From positions 1 through 56,616 of the forward strand of contig JAFGGO010000173.1 of the NCBI GenBank assembly GCA_016930515.1: a stretch of 56,616 nt of DNA, given 5' to 3'. Each line of letters starts with the position of its first letter. Position 1 is the stretch's first letter. The stretch comes from Promethearchaeota archaeon. GTDB lineage: Archaea > Asgardarchaeota > Lokiarchaeia > Sigyniarchaeales > SOKP01. This document shows, piece by piece, positions 47,405 to 56,616 of the stretch. Under the pieces are notes generated by a model. That model was not told the DNA's origin. It was given only the letters and a program-made list of their open reading frames with translations, and searched no databases. The position numbers were made by a program, and so were the translations under genes.

Positions 47405-48580
47405 GTGACAAATCAAACAGATTTTACAACTAAATATATCATTGATGCTAAATTCAAGATAAAAGGTGTCGTTGAGAAATCGGACATTGTTGGAGCCATC
47501 TTCGGTCAAACTGAAGGATTACTTTTAGATTTGGACCTAAGAGATCTACAGAAATCGGGACGAATTGGAAGAATAGAAGTTGAGAATATTTCGAAAGAAG
47601 GCGTATCTGAAGGAATCATCAAGGTCCCTTCAAGTCTAACGCGTAGGGAAACGGCATTGCTTGCAGCAACTGTCGAAACCGTATCTCGAGTGGGTCCTTG
47701 CGAAGCAGAAATTAAACTTGTAGAAATTAGAGATGTTCGCCAAACGAAAAGAAAAAAAATTATCGAAAGAGCTGCAGAACTTCTAAAGGAATGGGACACT
47801 AAATCGCTAGAATCTAGCGAAATAGAGGAGCAAATTGACACTGACATAAAACTTGGAGAAATAACTGCTTGGGGGCCAGAACAGCTACCTGCAGGTCCTG
47901 AAGTTGATGAAGACTCCGAACTCATCATTGTGGAAGGCCGGGCTGATGTACTTAATTTATTACGAATTGGCGTGAAAAATACCGTAGCTGTACAAGGAAC
48001 TCAAGTCCCTAAATCGATTATAGAACTTACTAAAAATAAAGAAACCGTAACTGCTTTCTTAGACGGAGACCGAGGAGGTACTATAATTTTAAATGAACTC
48101 CTTCAAGTTGCCAAAATTGATTTTGTAGCGAGAGCTCCAGAAGGGTTTGAGGTTGAAGAATTAACTCGAAAGCAAATGATAAAAGCCCTTCAAAATAAAA
48201 AATCTGCTAAAAACGCATCGGAAAGCGAAAATAAGGTTAAATCCTCCAAAGAATACAAGGGGAAGGATGCTGCCCTTAAAAGGGTGCTAGACAAGCTTAA
48301 AATCAAGGATCCAACCTTTATATTTGAAGCTATTAAAACCATCGAACCTGGTCAAGGGAGTGGATTTAGCAAGAAAGGTGAAAAATTATTTGAGATGCCA
48401 GTAGGAGAGCTTTTTAGTAGTATTGGAGATCATAAGAACTTGTCTTTTTTAATTATTGACGGTATTTTGTCCTCTCGCTTGCTCTCATTATGTCTAAAGA
48501 TGAAGCTGAAATTCGTGGCTTGTAAGAACAAGGAAGAAGATTTAAAAATTCCCGATGGAATATCCATTTTTTATTTTTAA
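47405..48580 (+). CDS. dnaG: Archaeal DnaG (TOPRIM; exosome-associated)
   Basis: GVVEKSDIVGAIFGQTEGLL, LRDLQKSGRIGRI, IIVEGRADV, DGDRGG; GTG 47405 after GAGTGA. Confidence 0.95.
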   Translation: MTNQTDFTTKYIIDAKFKIKGVVEKSDIVGAIFGQTEGLLLDLDLRDLQKSGRIGRIEVENISKEGVSEGIIKVPSSLTRRETALLAATVETVSRVGPCEAEIKLVEIRDVRQTKRKKIIERAAELLKEWDTKSLESSEIEEQIDTDIKLGEITAWGPEQLPAGPEVDEDSELIIVEGRADVLNLLRIGVKNTVAVQGTQVPKSIIELTKNKETVTAFLDGDRGGTIILNELLQVAKIDFVARAPEGFEVEELTRKQMIKALQNKKSAKNASESENKVKSSKEYKGKDAALKRVLDKLKIKDPTFIFEAIKTIEPGQGSGFSKKGEKLFEMPVGELFSSIGDHKNLSFLIIDGILSSRLLSLCLKMKLKFVACKNKEEDLKIPDGISIFYF

Positions 48581-49020
48581 TCCTTTTTTTTTTTTAGTAA
48601 CTCGTTTTTAACGACATTAACATCGATTGGAACGCCTCGTGCGATGGAGTTTGATACAATGCAATATTCTAAAAAAGTGTTGGAGCATTCGTCGATATGT
48701 TTAATATTTTCATTATTTTTAGTCGTAAGTTGTAATTCTGCTTCGATTTTTATAAGTCTTAACCTTCCATCGGGTTCTTCGTGTTTCATTTTACCGTCCA
48801 CTATCACTTTCAAATCGCTGATTTCAATACCTTTCTTGCTTAAGCAATAAGAAAACGTCGAACCCAAGCAACCCCCTATTCCTATGAGGGTGTATTCGAC
48901 AGGACTTGGTCCTAATCCCGTTCCGTGAAATGATTCGGGTTCGTCAATGTGAATGTTGTTAAAATTTCTCGCCTTGGCGATAAAATGCATGTTTTCTGAA
49001 TAATTAATCGTGACTTTCAT
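48577..49020 (-). CDS. OsmC/Ohr family protein
   Basis: IDEPESFHG..GPSPVE..GGC and YCIVSNSI. Confidence 0.88.
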   Translation of the reverse strand: MKVTINYSENMHFIAKARNFNNIHIDEPESFHGTGLGPSPVEYTLIGIGGCLGSTFSYCLSKKGIEISDLKVIVDGKMKHEEPDGRLRLIKIEAELQLTTKNNENIKHIDECSNTFLEYCIVSNSIARGVPIDVNVVKNELLKKKKD

Positions 49021-49067
49021 ATATCTTCCACGAATTTGAGAAATCAGTAGGAACTAGAGATTAACAC

Positions 49068-49319
49068 CTACCAACCAAAGATTCCTTCTCCAATAACTTG
49101 TGAAAAAATCAATTGTAAAACATAGCTTACTGCACCTAATAAGACAATTCCTATCATGCATATCTTTAAAACGGTCATGAATTCTTTTCTACTTGGTTTT
49201 GTAGCAACCTTCAAGACCCGCTTGGTGTTCTGAATGAACGCTCTGATCCTTTCACTGCGGCTTAATTTCTTTTTTTGTTTGTATTTATCGTATTTATCGT
49301 ATTTTGGGTAATTGGACAT
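49068..49319 (-). CDS. secE: Protein translocase SecE/Sec61-gamma
   Basis: RVLKVATKPSRKEF..KI..IGI..LG and a single C-terminal TM helix. Confidence 0.92.
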   Translation of the reverse strand: MSNYPKYDKYDKYKQKKKLSRSERIRAFIQNTKRVLKVATKPSRKEFMTVLKICMIGIVLLGAVSYVLQLIFSQVIGEGIFGW

Positions 49320-49434
49320 GTTAAGGTCGACCGTTTGAATGAATTATATTTCTTAAAAAATAAATTATGTGTATGAATAATTAAATTAAAAAAAGGATTT
49401 AAAATTTAACGATTTTTTCTTTTATTGAGTTGGA

Positions 49435-50814
49435 TCACTCTTCGGTGATTGGGTTGTCAACATCTTGTTTTTCTTCGGTTATTTCTTCTTCAACCTCTTG
49501 TTCTGTCTCCTCGGGTTTTGCGATTAATTTTTTTATACGGTAAAATGTTTCCATGTCAGTCTCACTTACTGCGTTTAAATTTAGCTTACCTCGTTGTCCC
49601 AAATATTCCTTGAAATCGGAAACGATTTGGATGACTTCCTCGTGCTTGAACGAATGCTTGACAATCAAATTATGCTTTTCGAGAACATATCTTGAGTACC
49701 ACCAATAAAAGATGATCGTTACGATCAAAAGAATAAAATTGTTGTACATACTTATATTCGTTCTATTTGAAAAAGCACTAGCGATAACCCCTGATCCAGT
49801 TATTAAAACAACCTGTCCTTCGAGATAGAACAGTACAAAGGCAAACAAAAAGAAAGGAAGGTTACTTTCGTTAAACACTCGTAATTTATATATTTTTCCG
49901 CCTAAACCCCTTAGGACCATTATTGCTGTCAGGATCATGAGAAGAATATCAATAATTATTTCAAAAACCTCTACATCCGAGGAGCTTATAGTAACGACTC
50001 CTTTGAGAGAATTGATAAAGCTAAACGACCTGAACCATATAATAAGCCAAATAAATATATAAAATATCGATGAAAAAACATTATAAGTTTCGTTCTTTCG
50101 GCTTAAATAAAAAAGATAGATAAGTCTCCATGATACTAAAACTATCACGCCAAACATCAGAACATTCCAACCAACAAACCAATAAAATAGATCTTGATTT
50201 CCAGTTTGATTTGGATCGAATTTTTCCCAATATCCGATAAATGTAGCAATCTGCATGAGGACTGGGATGATTAAGGCTATCACTAAAAATATAAAACTCG
50301 TACTTTTACTTATTGAAGAAACATCGTTATTATTGAGAAGTTTATTATCTACCTTTAATGCAACGTTTTCAAAAATCGTCTTTATGAAGAATATTTGGAT
50401 CATGTTCCATCCAAGAAAAATAATGATTACGGCTATGGGTAATAAATTTTCCCTTCTTAAAAACTCAATCGGAATGCTGTCGCTAACTGCCCAATAAATC
50501 CAAGTTAGTATAAGTCCTAAAATGAGCGAGAAAACAAAAAAACCAAACTTCCTCAAATTAATAATTTTTTCGGTCGAAAATAAGAAATTTTGGGTTGCTG
50601 AGGGAATACCTAAGATCATGAGCGTAAAAAAAGCTAAAAAGAACATTGTTGCTATGAATAAAGAAATATCTCCTACAGTCCTGTTATCAACACTAAAGCT
50701 ACATAATCCAAGAATTGCAGCGATTATTAAAAAGACCACCGTATAAAAGATATGGCTCTTATTAAAAATCATGTGAAACTCGGCATTAAACTTATCCCTG
50801 ATTTTCATAAACAT
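49435..50814 (-). CDS. Hypothetical polytopic membrane protein with an acidic tail
   Basis: About ten TM segments and an E-rich C-terminus. Confidence 0.8.
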   Translation of the reverse strand: MFMKIRDKFNAEFHMIFNKSHIFYTVVFLIIAAILGLCSFSVDNRTVGDISLFIATMFFLAFFTLMILGIPSATQNFLFSTEKIINLRKFGFFVFSLILGLILTWIYWAVSDSIPIEFLRRENLLPIAVIIIFLGWNMIQIFFIKTIFENVALKVDNKLLNNNDVSSISKSTSFIFLVIALIIPVLMQIATFIGYWEKFDPNQTGNQDLFYWFVGWNVLMFGVIVLVSWRLIYLFYLSRKNETYNVFSSIFYIFIWLIIWFRSFSFINSLKGVVTISSSDVEVFEIIIDILLMILTAIMVLRGLGGKIYKLRVFNESNLPFFLFAFVLFYLEGQVVLITGSGVIASAFSNRTNISMYNNFILLIVTIIFYWWYSRYVLEKHNLIVKHSFKHEEVIQIVSDFKEYLGQRGKLNLNAVSETDMETFYRIKKLIAKPEETEQEVEEEITEEKQDVDNPITEE

Positions 50815-50897
50815 GTTTTTTATACCACCTAAAATGGTTTTATTGTTACATTAGTCAATCAAGTATTTATTAATATTGGAAGAAAACGAGGAACATT

Positions 50898-51899
50898 TCA
50901 GTTCTTCTTGATGTAGATGTGGTGAATAGGATCGATTATTTCTAAACTGGTTCCCTCTTGGAATATCGTTTCGGTTTTTCCTAAAAACAATAATCCCCCT
51001 TCCTTTAACTGTTTTTCAATGGTCCGAATGAATTTTTTTCGGTTTTGAATGTCAAAATAGATTAAAAGATTCCTGCAAAAGATGATATCAAATTTCCAAG
51101 GATAATTATGGATCTTGGTGATGTCTTCGTTAAGAAAAGTGACCTTATCTTTAATTTCAGAGGAAATAGCATGTAACATTTCAAATGATCTTCTAGTTTG
51201 AGTAAAGTATCTTTGTTCGTATATATTTGGAACATTTCTTAGTTTTTCTGTTGAATAAATTCCATTTTTAGCATCTGATATGGCCAACTTATCAATATCC
51301 GAAGCAACTATTTGATAATTATTATTGATGATTGGAAAAGTTCTAGCAAGATTATCTAATAACATTGCTAAGGAATAAGGTTCTTCTCCAGTAGCACACG
51401 CACAGGACCAAATTGTTAGTGGTTTTTTTACTTTTCTAGAATTGGAAATTAATTGATAAATTGATAATTTTTTTAGGTTGTTAAATAAGGAGGGGGCGTT
51501 CACGATCTCTTTCTCGATCATTTCTTTTCTTTTCTTCCTTAATTTGTCAATATTGTTGCATGCAGGTCTCAATTCTTCGATATATTTCTTTATGTCTTCT
51601 ACATTCAAACATTTAAGCAAAATATTTTGAAAAGTTGCGTACACGTCCCAATCTCTGAAAAAATACGTGTATTTTATGGTAAATCCGTCCTTAAATTTTT
51701 TTAATTCTTCTTGGTTTGAAAGTAAAAACGAATTATATTCTTTAAGGTCGCTAAATTTCTTTCGAATCATCCTCGCCTTGAGCCTGCGTAGGATAAACGT
51801 TCTCCTATAATAATCCAAATTGAGTCCTGTTTTCTCCTTGAGCAACCCAATGAGGGTTTGAAACGACTGTTCGCTAATCCTAATATTAATTTCCGTCAA
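50898..51899 (-). CDS. cheR: CheR-family protein-glutamate methyltransferase
   Basis: TIKYTYFFRD, IWSCACATGEEPYSLAM, ASDID, FDIIFCRNLLIYF, LFLGKTE. Confidence 0.9.
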   Translation of the reverse strand: MTEINIRISEQSFQTLIGLLKEKTGLNLDYYRRTFILRRLKARMIRKKFSDLKEYNSFLLSNQEELKKFKDGFTIKYTYFFRDWDVYATFQNILLKCLNVEDIKKYIEELRPACNNIDKLRKKRKEMIEKEIVNAPSLFNNLKKLSIYQLISNSRKVKKPLTIWSCACATGEEPYSLAMLLDNLARTFPIINNNYQIVASDIDKLAISDAKNGIYSTEKLRNVPNIYEQRYFTQTRRSFEMLHAISSEIKDKVTFLNEDITKIHNYPWKFDIIFCRNLLIYFDIQNRKKFIRTIEKQLKEGGLLFLGKTETIFQEGTSLEIIDPIHHIYIKKN

Positions 51900-51928
51900 T
51901 TCTGCTATTGTTCAACTGTTCTTTAATT

Positions 51929-52957
51929 TTAAAATATTTGCGATCGAGATTTAATATAAATGTGGTTTCTCGAATCAATTTGAGTGAGCGTTCCGTGAGA
52001 CTTGAACAATGTTTCTGTTTTCCCTAATATTAAAATGCCGTTATCTTCAAGATGGTCTTCGATGATTTTTAGAAATCGCGCTCGATTCTCTCGATTGAAA
52101 TAGATTAGCAAATAGCGGCAAAATATTATGTCGTATTTCTGTTTTTTTTTGTGTCCTTCTGTTACGTCCTCCCGTATGAACTCGACTTTCTTTTTAATTT
52201 CGTCGCTGATGTAATTTTCGTACCCAAAGTAGCTGATTTTTTTTTTAAAATATTTTTCTTCAAAATAATCCGATATTTCTTTCATGGAATCATCGTAATA
52301 TAACCCTCGCTTTGCTTTTTCAATGGCTTCTTTTGAAATGTCTGAGGCAACTATCTCGTAATTTTGAAAATTATGGTGTTGCTTATCGAGGTTATCGAGA
52401 ATCATGGCTATGGAATATGGTTCTTCCCCCGTGGCACATGGACAAGACCAGATTCTGATGGTGTTTTTATCGCTTTTTGCACGGGAAAGTTTCTGGTAGA
52501 AAGAAAGCCTATCGAGGAATATGAAAATATCTATATAACTGGAGTCTGGCTTGCTTGAAATACTTGACATTTTCACTTGATTTTTTGCGTAATTTTCTTT
52601 TGAACGGAACTTTGATAATTTTTGTGGATTTGGTCTAATCTCGCTTTTTATATCGCCTTTATTTGCGTTTAATCCATCAAGAAAAATATCTTGGAAATGT
52701 TCGAAGACGTCATAATCTCGGAAGAAAAATGTGTAATTAATTGTAAAGCCCTCTAAAAATTTCACAACTTCTCCTTGGTGAGAAGTAATATAGCCGTAGT
52801 ATTGTTCAAATGTATTGCATGAAGTTCTTATCATTCGAGATTTAATGCGCTTTTCAATAAAATTTTTGCGATAATACTGGAAGTTAAGGCAGGTCTCGTT
52901 TCTAATGTATGAAAGAAGCAAGTCGTAGTATTTTTGGTCGAAAGCAATGTGTTCCAT
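51929..52957 (-). CDS. cheR: CheR-family protein-glutamate methyltransferase (paralog)
   Basis: TINYTFFFRD, IWSCPCATGEEPYSIAM, ASDIS, YDIIFCRYLLIYF, LILGKTE. Confidence 0.9.
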   Translation of the reverse strand: MEHIAFDQKYYDLLLSYIRNETCLNFQYYRKNFIEKRIKSRMIRTSCNTFEQYYGYITSHQGEVVKFLEGFTINYTFFFRDYDVFEHFQDIFLDGLNANKGDIKSEIRPNPQKLSKFRSKENYAKNQVKMSSISSKPDSSYIDIFIFLDRLSFYQKLSRAKSDKNTIRIWSCPCATGEEPYSIAMILDNLDKQHHNFQNYEIVASDISKEAIEKAKRGLYYDDSMKEISDYFEEKYFKKKISYFGYENYISDEIKKKVEFIREDVTEGHKKKQKYDIIFCRYLLIYFNRENRARFLKIIEDHLEDNGILILGKTETLFKSHGTLTQIDSRNHIYIKSRSQIF

Positions 52958-53157
52958 TATTTTTACCCGAATTTTATCCTTTAAATGTCTCGTTTAATCA
53001 AAGACTTACCTTAGAACGCAATTGATATGTTTTTCGAAAACACACTTCCATAATAATAAAATTTTATACATTTATATATTCGTAATTTGTTATGAATGAC
53101 CTTTTACAAGTGATTTTAAAGAAAAGATGTTATAGTCGATTTATTTACTATAAAACA

Positions 53158-53991
53158 TTAGCAAAACTTGCGATATACTTCATTTATCTGTGCACCATTA
53201 ACATTAATTTCGTTTATATCTGCAGTTCCAAGTCCCTTTTTTCCTGCAATCTTCAAGTACTTTGGGTTGCGCCCAATAATAGCACTTCCAACGGAATCTA
53301 CTGCGACTGGATCGCTTCCCACAACGATTAAATCCATTCTCACGGGATTACCTCCAATTTCGAAGCCATCAGAACCCACGATCGCGTCTATCAATTGAAA
53401 TTTCATCTTTGCTCTGAATAAAGATGTAAGATCCGCAATTTTTTCGTGTAATCTCGAGTGCATTATACCCTTGGGCATAATAGTTCCCATGAGATTTTTC
53501 ATTGAAAGCGTGGTGCCCGCTATTGAGTGTGTTTTTAAGGATGGAATTGAAATGATACAGTCTGCCTCCCAAGCAATTTTTGAAAGGTTTACAGAGCATA
53601 AAGCGAGAGGATTAGGAATTTTGACATCTTCTACTCTCTCGTCATTATTAAGATCGATCACCGATATGCCGTAATCTTCTAGTCTAAAAACATCATTTAG
53701 TTCCATTGCTCGTCTAGTATATTTGTCTTGACCCCCGTCACCGATAAAAATAGCACTAGGATCCGTTTTTCCATTGTTTATCAGATATTTCACGACACCT
53801 TCTAATGTGTCCGTTGAGGTAACATTCCCCGAGCTAGATAAATCATCGCAAACCCAATTAGGTTTGATCAATATCTTTTTTTCATTTCCCGATAGATAAT
53901 CAATCGCATTAAACGTCTTAAGAGCGTTATAAACAAAATCTATATCATTTTCGCTTTGTCTTTTCTTGAATATGTGTACTTGAGATTTCAT
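53158..53991 (-). CDS. DUF362 family protein
   Basis: ILIKPN, IPSLKTH, TLSMKNLMG, DPVAVD. Confidence 0.88.
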   Translation of the reverse strand: MKSQVHIFKKRQSENDIDFVYNALKTFNAIDYLSGNEKKILIKPNWVCDDLSSSGNVTSTDTLEGVVKYLINNGKTDPSAIFIGDGGQDKYTRRAMELNDVFRLEDYGISVIDLNNDERVEDVKIPNPLALCSVNLSKIAWEADCIISIPSLKTHSIAGTTLSMKNLMGTIMPKGIMHSRLHEKIADLTSLFRAKMKFQLIDAIVGSDGFEIGGNPVRMDLIVVGSDPVAVDSVGSAIIGRNPKYLKIAGKKGLGTADINEINVNGAQINEVYRKFC

Positions 53992-54023
53992 TTTTCAAAC
54001 TGAACTTTGTTATTATTTTTTTT

Positions 54024-54761
54024 TTATATTTCGTTCCTTTTTTCTCTAGACATTTTCTCACTTGCGTAACGCAGGATCAATCTTGGTAAGGTAGCCTTAT
54101 TGTTCATTAGATACTTAAAAACCACATCAGGATCGTAGTTTGAACAAGTTTTTAGAAGCCACCCAACGCCTTTTTGGATGTAATCTTCGGACGAGTAAAG
54201 CATTTTTTCTATTATTGCAAAAACCCACTTTTCTTCAAATGATTTTTTTATGAGTATTAGTTTTATAAGTATGACGAGTGATGCCCTTCTTATCCAGAAA
54301 TTCTCAGATTCTGACCACATTTCAACCGTTTTTCGAGCTAATTTTTCGTTTCCTTTTTTGCCTAAAAAGGGACCAATCACTCGGATCACCGTACTATCGC
54401 AGAGCGCCCAAGTATCGCAATACTTGATATAGGTATCGTGGAAAAGCTCTATGGTTGAGGCCGTAAATTCCTTATTAAATCTCTTTAGAAGGAAAAGACC
54501 CACAAATTTCTCATCGTGCACGTTTGAACCGATTAATTCTTTAAAAACTTCAATAGCTTCCTCAAAAGATAATTGATGGTTTTTTTGAAACTCTCTCGCT
54601 ATTTTTTCTATCTCGGGAACTTTTAAACCGTAGCTCGAAAATTTTGGATTATCAGAATTAATTATTTTATAAAAACGTTCTTTATCTTTTTCTTCGAGGG
54701 CGGGAGCGCTTTTTTCAAGAGAGTTCTTAAGCAAAGTAAGGTATTTTTCAACTTTTAACAT
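54024..54761 (-). CDS. DNA alkylation repair (AlkD-like) protein
   Basis: YGLKVP, DTWALCD, SENFWIRR, YIQKGVGWLLK, LRYASEK. Confidence 0.88.
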   Translation of the reverse strand: MLKVEKYLTLLKNSLEKSAPALEEKDKERFYKIINSDNPKFSSYGLKVPEIEKIAREFQKNHQLSFEEAIEVFKELIGSNVHDEKFVGLFLLKRFNKEFTASTIELFHDTYIKYCDTWALCDSTVIRVIGPFLGKKGNEKLARKTVEMWSESENFWIRRASLVILIKLILIKKSFEEKWVFAIIEKMLYSSEDYIQKGVGWLLKTCSNYDPDVVFKYLMNNKATLPRLILRYASEKMSREKRNEI

Positions 54762-54839
54762 AAGTTCGATTTTGTTTTAGTTCAAAACGGGTTCTTTTCG
54801 TTTAATGAAAAAATTGAACGCCATTGATAATATTTACGG

Positions 54840-55964
54840 TTATAAGAAATTATCCAAGGCACTTTTCCTTTCGATATTTTTGCGATCCAAGTACCTTTCA
54901 ATCAAACTAGCAACGGAGGTATTAAAACCTCTTATCTGGAGAAGTGTAGTTCTTGCTCTAATGTCAATAATCGACTCTTCCAAGTTGTTTAAATATAACC
55001 CTGCCCATAATAGGGATTTATTTACCTTGCCAGTTAAAGAATCCTTATAATACTTGTTTAATAACATTTGAGAGATTATGTAATTCCATTTTCGATAATC
55101 GTTCGGTATCCAACGTTTAAGCCTTATTCCAAGCGAATATTTATTACATAGTTCTAGCATTTTGCTATTTATCTCTTTTAAATAGTTCCCTAACATAATA
55201 GAATCATCACACAATTTGAGAAGGGGTTTGACGATCTTGGAATGTTCGCTTTTTTTTAATTTTTCAAAAAAATACGCCTTTTGTGAATCTCTAAGCGTGA
55301 GACCTGGTGAAAATAACACGAAATCTGCTCCCGATTCCTTTGATTTTTTCACAACTGATTCTAAATTTTCGTCTGAATCTTCTAAAAAGGGAATGATAGG
55401 CATAAAATAGGTTCCTACCTGAATCTCGGGGGCTCTCTTCTTGATCGATTTCATTGCTTCAAGGCGATCTAATGGAGCAGAGGAATAAGGCTCTAAAAAT
55501 CTAGCTAAATCCTCATTCGTGGTAGTTATGGAAAAACCAACGGTGCACCAAGAATCTTTCGCAATGTTTTTTAAAATATCTATATCTCTCGTTATTAAAC
55601 TCGATTTCGTAGCGATGTTTACGGGGAACTTGAACTTAGATAGTACTTTTAATATTCTTCTCGTGTTTTCAATTTCTTGCTCGATAGGCTGATAGGCGTC
55701 GCTCACGCCTCCGGGTCCCACGACATCAGGGAGTAATTTACGAGCTCGTTTTAGTTTAACGCTTAATTTCTTATCAATATCAATTTTTACGACGATTTCG
55801 TTCTCAAAATCGTTCAAGTAATACCTTTCGCTCCTTGCGTCGCAATATGTACAAGCGTGCTGGCAACCCGAATATGGGTTAATGGAATAACGAGCCCAGA
55901 ACCACGAGTCTGGGTATTTATACTTGTTTAAAGCGGTTTTAAATTCCTTTTTTATAACTCTCAT
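54840..55964 (-). CDS. Radical SAM protein of the SplB/Rv2578c-like group
   Basis: SINPYSGCQHACTYCDAR, SDAYQPIE, TKSSLITRD, LEP, MPIIP. Confidence 0.9.
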   Translation of the reverse strand: MRVIKKEFKTALNKYKYPDSWFWARYSINPYSGCQHACTYCDARSERYYLNDFENEIVVKIDIDKKLSVKLKRARKLLPDVVGPGGVSDAYQPIEQEIENTRRILKVLSKFKFPVNIATKSSLITRDIDILKNIAKDSWCTVGFSITTTNEDLARFLEPYSSAPLDRLEAMKSIKKRAPEIQVGTYFMPIIPFLEDSDENLESVVKKSKESGADFVLFSPGLTLRDSQKAYFFEKLKKSEHSKIVKPLLKLCDDSIMLGNYLKEINSKMLELCNKYSLGIRLKRWIPNDYRKWNYIISQMLLNKYYKDSLTGKVNKSLLWAGLYLNNLEESIIDIRARTTLLQIRGFNTSVASLIERYLDRKNIERKSALDNFL

Positions 55965-56127
55965 CTATTTAATCCCAATAGTGATCAATTATTTATAATT
56001 TATTCAGACTTTTTTATGCAAAACTACTACCTGCGAATTTAAATACTAAAAAATTAGAGGATCATTATTTTTTGTGTGGAATATTATTCTCTGAATTGAA
56101 ATCCTTTTTTTAACGAATTTTTTTTAC

Positions 56128-56232
56128 AAAAAAAAAAGAACGAAAAAACGCCCAAATTTAAAAGATATTAAACTCTAGAGGTTGAAAAAAAATGGTTGTA
56201 TTTTGCATCACTTGTTATTTGGACGTTTTTTC
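56128..56232 (-). terminator. Inverted repeat followed by a long U tract (3' end of a minus-strand transcript)
   Basis: GAAAAAACGCCCAAAT (56142-56157) pairs with ATTTGGACGTTTTTTC (56217-56232), 16 bp with one G-U on the minus strand; A10 at 56128-56137. Confidence 0.45.
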
Positions 56233-56616
56233 ATAATAATACATGAAAATTCGTACATATATTTGTATCTGTCATTATTATAAGCTGGATTCGGTGAACG
56301 AAACAGAACATGCAAATTCACTCAATATAATAAATCGTGTTAAATAGCAATAATGTGTTAATTGATTTGAGTCTCCTTTATGTATAGAATTAGTAAAAAT
56401 CATTTGTTATGGCATAACAAAAAAAAGAGGATTTAGATCCATTTCTAACAAAAAGATTTTTATGTATTTAGAGTTAGTACTGAAGTAGGTAGAGATATCT
56501 TGTTATGTCAAATTTTTCAATTTTTATTTTTTTTTTTTGGGTTAAATTTTTTGCCCTAGCAATGGGTATTTTAAGGACATGGTGGCAGTCTGGAAAATAA
56601 TAATTATTATAAAATA

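Noticed and set aside
1-56616. CRISPR arrays, IS elements, integrases, tRNA and rRNA genes
   Set aside because: No regularly spaced direct repeats, transposase/integrase motifs, cloverleafs or rRNA-like tracts were seen by eye.

Overview
AT-rich archaeal chromosomal window. It most likely comes from an Asgard (Lokiarchaeia-like) genome, inferred from eS26, roadblock, longin-like and SNAP-like genes and a UGA-containing peroxiredoxin-like gene. It carries about 50 mostly housekeeping CDSs. RNA/translation genes include dtdA, rnz, trmY, rps26e, tfb, gar1, RaSEA, arcS, dnaG and secE. Other genes encode a Liv-type ABC operon with an acyl-CoA ligase, CdhE, a corrinoid protein, AhcY, a PAS histidine kinase, an ArsA/Get3 ATPase and tandem CheR proteins. 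No CRISPR array, tRNA, rRNA or transposase was seen. The main signals are absent from the ORF track: (1) a three-hairpin H/ACA-type guide RNA cluster at 32758-33043, about 2 kb from gar1, whose first hairpin matches the 23S peptidyl-transferase loop at the E. coli 2496-equivalent U; (2) a hidden selenoprotein (UxxC, in-frame TGA at 45158-45160); (3) a ~350-nt highly paired leader upstream of dnaG; (4) a ~170-nt structured RNA candidate upstream of the corrinoid gene; (5) repeated apparent non-AUG starts (ATT/ACG/CTG). All structures were paired by eye and all family calls come from motif recognition; no searches were run.
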